Shown here: piece by piece, positions 63,330-64,000 of the stretch | Position numbering within the stretch: the stretch's first letter is position 1 | Layout of the letters: each line of letters opens with the position of its first letter | Assembly (NCBI GenBank): GCA_010909165.1 | Contig: MU008183.1 | Location: 558,001 to 622,000, forward strand | Reading direction: 5' to 3' | Source of the DNA: Anthoceros angustus | Lineage: Eukaryota > Plantae > Anthocerotophyta | Length of the DNA stretch: 64,000 nt | Notes under the pieces: model-generated | Seen by the model: only the letters and a program-made list of their open reading frames with translations | Told to the model about the DNA's origin: nothing | Database searches by the model: none | Position numbers and translations under genes: made by a program

Positions 63330-63640
63330 CGATAGTAGACTGCCTGCCCACAAATCCACCATGACCTGTGTTTGTATAAAGCGTCTCTCAAAGAAGACAT
63401 CAAATGTGTCTCGTGACTGATCAAAGGGTACCTCGACAAAGGTGAAGTCTCATTTGGTTTGAATGAAACTTCATTTGTACCTTGTCACCCCAACACATGC
63501 TCCGTGGTCCCAAACGGTCCGGATCTTCCACTTGGTTTCCTTCAACCTTTCTTGGTGGAGACCCAACGCCTTCACTCTTCTTCCAACGATCACCTACCGT
63601 GCTCTGTCAATCAACACCTCCTTGGTGCGAATCCATTGAT
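63330..63640 (-). pseudogene. Retropepsin-like aspartic protease remnant of the same element
   Basis: EVLIDRAR*VIVGRRVKALGL...WKIRT (degenerate LLDSGA segment), then TFDVFFE...VMVDLWAG/VYYRP in shifted frames. Confidence 0.55.
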
Positions 63641-64000
63641 TTCAATGTGCCTCTCCCGATTGTTGACCAAAGCCACTCCCACTGCAAAGATTCCGCTTTT
63701 CCACAGATGCTTGGTTCGGAGGTCAAGAATGACATCATTGCTACCGTGGCAAATCTTGACACTTGCTTCGCCTTCAAGGGTTGTCATCCGCCGAGTCAAA
63801 CCCCGACTTCCTTCACGCCAACCCCATGTCTTGTAGGGCACCGCTGCATGGGTTTCTCCACATCGCCCACTGACTTTGATGTTGCTCCCACGGTTGCTCA
63901 CAATGGCTCAAGCGACTTTGGCATCTTGGCATAGGTTCGGAAGAGGATCCCAAGCTTCCTTCCGTGTCTTCCGTGACCGCAGTGTCAAGACGCCCTTCTT

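Larger units (their letters stand above)
61138..64000 (-). mobile_element. Internally deleted, degenerate Ty3/gypsy-type LTR retrotransposon carrying a DNA cytosine methyltransferase (continues beyond the window)
   Basis: Minus-strand order: retropepsin-like remnant, C5-MTase remnant, pre-RT segment KFHIELIKDEQVFRRRHRLSK (about 62090-62150), short tail, G-rich PPT, LTR. The RT core, RNase H and integrase are missing. Confidence 0.75.

Noticed and set aside
61138-64000. Assigning the MTase element to DIRS/tyrosine-recombinase retrotransposons
   Set aside because: The split repeat is suggestive, but a retropepsin-like remnant, a gypsy-like pre-RT motif, TG...CA ends and a 4-bp TSD on the related mini-element favour an integrase-type element. 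No recombinase is visible. Kept only as an alternative hypothesis.

Overview
Eukaryotic nuclear DNA from a compact land-plant genome. The GC-rich genes, short GT-AG introns (most well under 150 bp) and high gene density suggest a Selaginella-like lycophyte; this is inference, and the organism is not proven. Two gene-dense blocks are present. The first (about 8.6-29.2 kb) holds a CASTOR/POLLUX-family channel, MED20, stearoyl-ACP desaturase, a P-class PPR, mTERF, RNase T2, an Em-like LEA with a poly-Glu tract and two tandem alkenal reductases. The second (about 35.5-57.9 kb) holds a SNF2 CHR9-like helicase, NDUFA13, an RsmB-like methyltransferase, OTP51, TPC1 and a GT90 glycosyltransferase. They are separated and flanked by AT-rich, transposon-rich islands containing copia fragments, a papain-like pseudogene, a secreted Pro-rich LysM gene and a secreted Gnk2/DUF26-like Pro-rich gene. 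The most unusual signal is one retroelement family seen twice. (i) At the right end, a degenerate Ty3/gypsy-type element on the minus strand carries a C5-cytosine DNA methyltransferase between its aspartic protease and the start of RT, and its 3' end has a split or duplicated LTR terminus that pre-forms an end-to-start junction. (ii) At 730-1058, a 329-bp derivative of the same LTR, made of two long hairpins around an intact terminal junction, is inserted into a copia RT/RNase H with a 4-bp target duplication. Exon boundaries were read by eye; no database searches were run.
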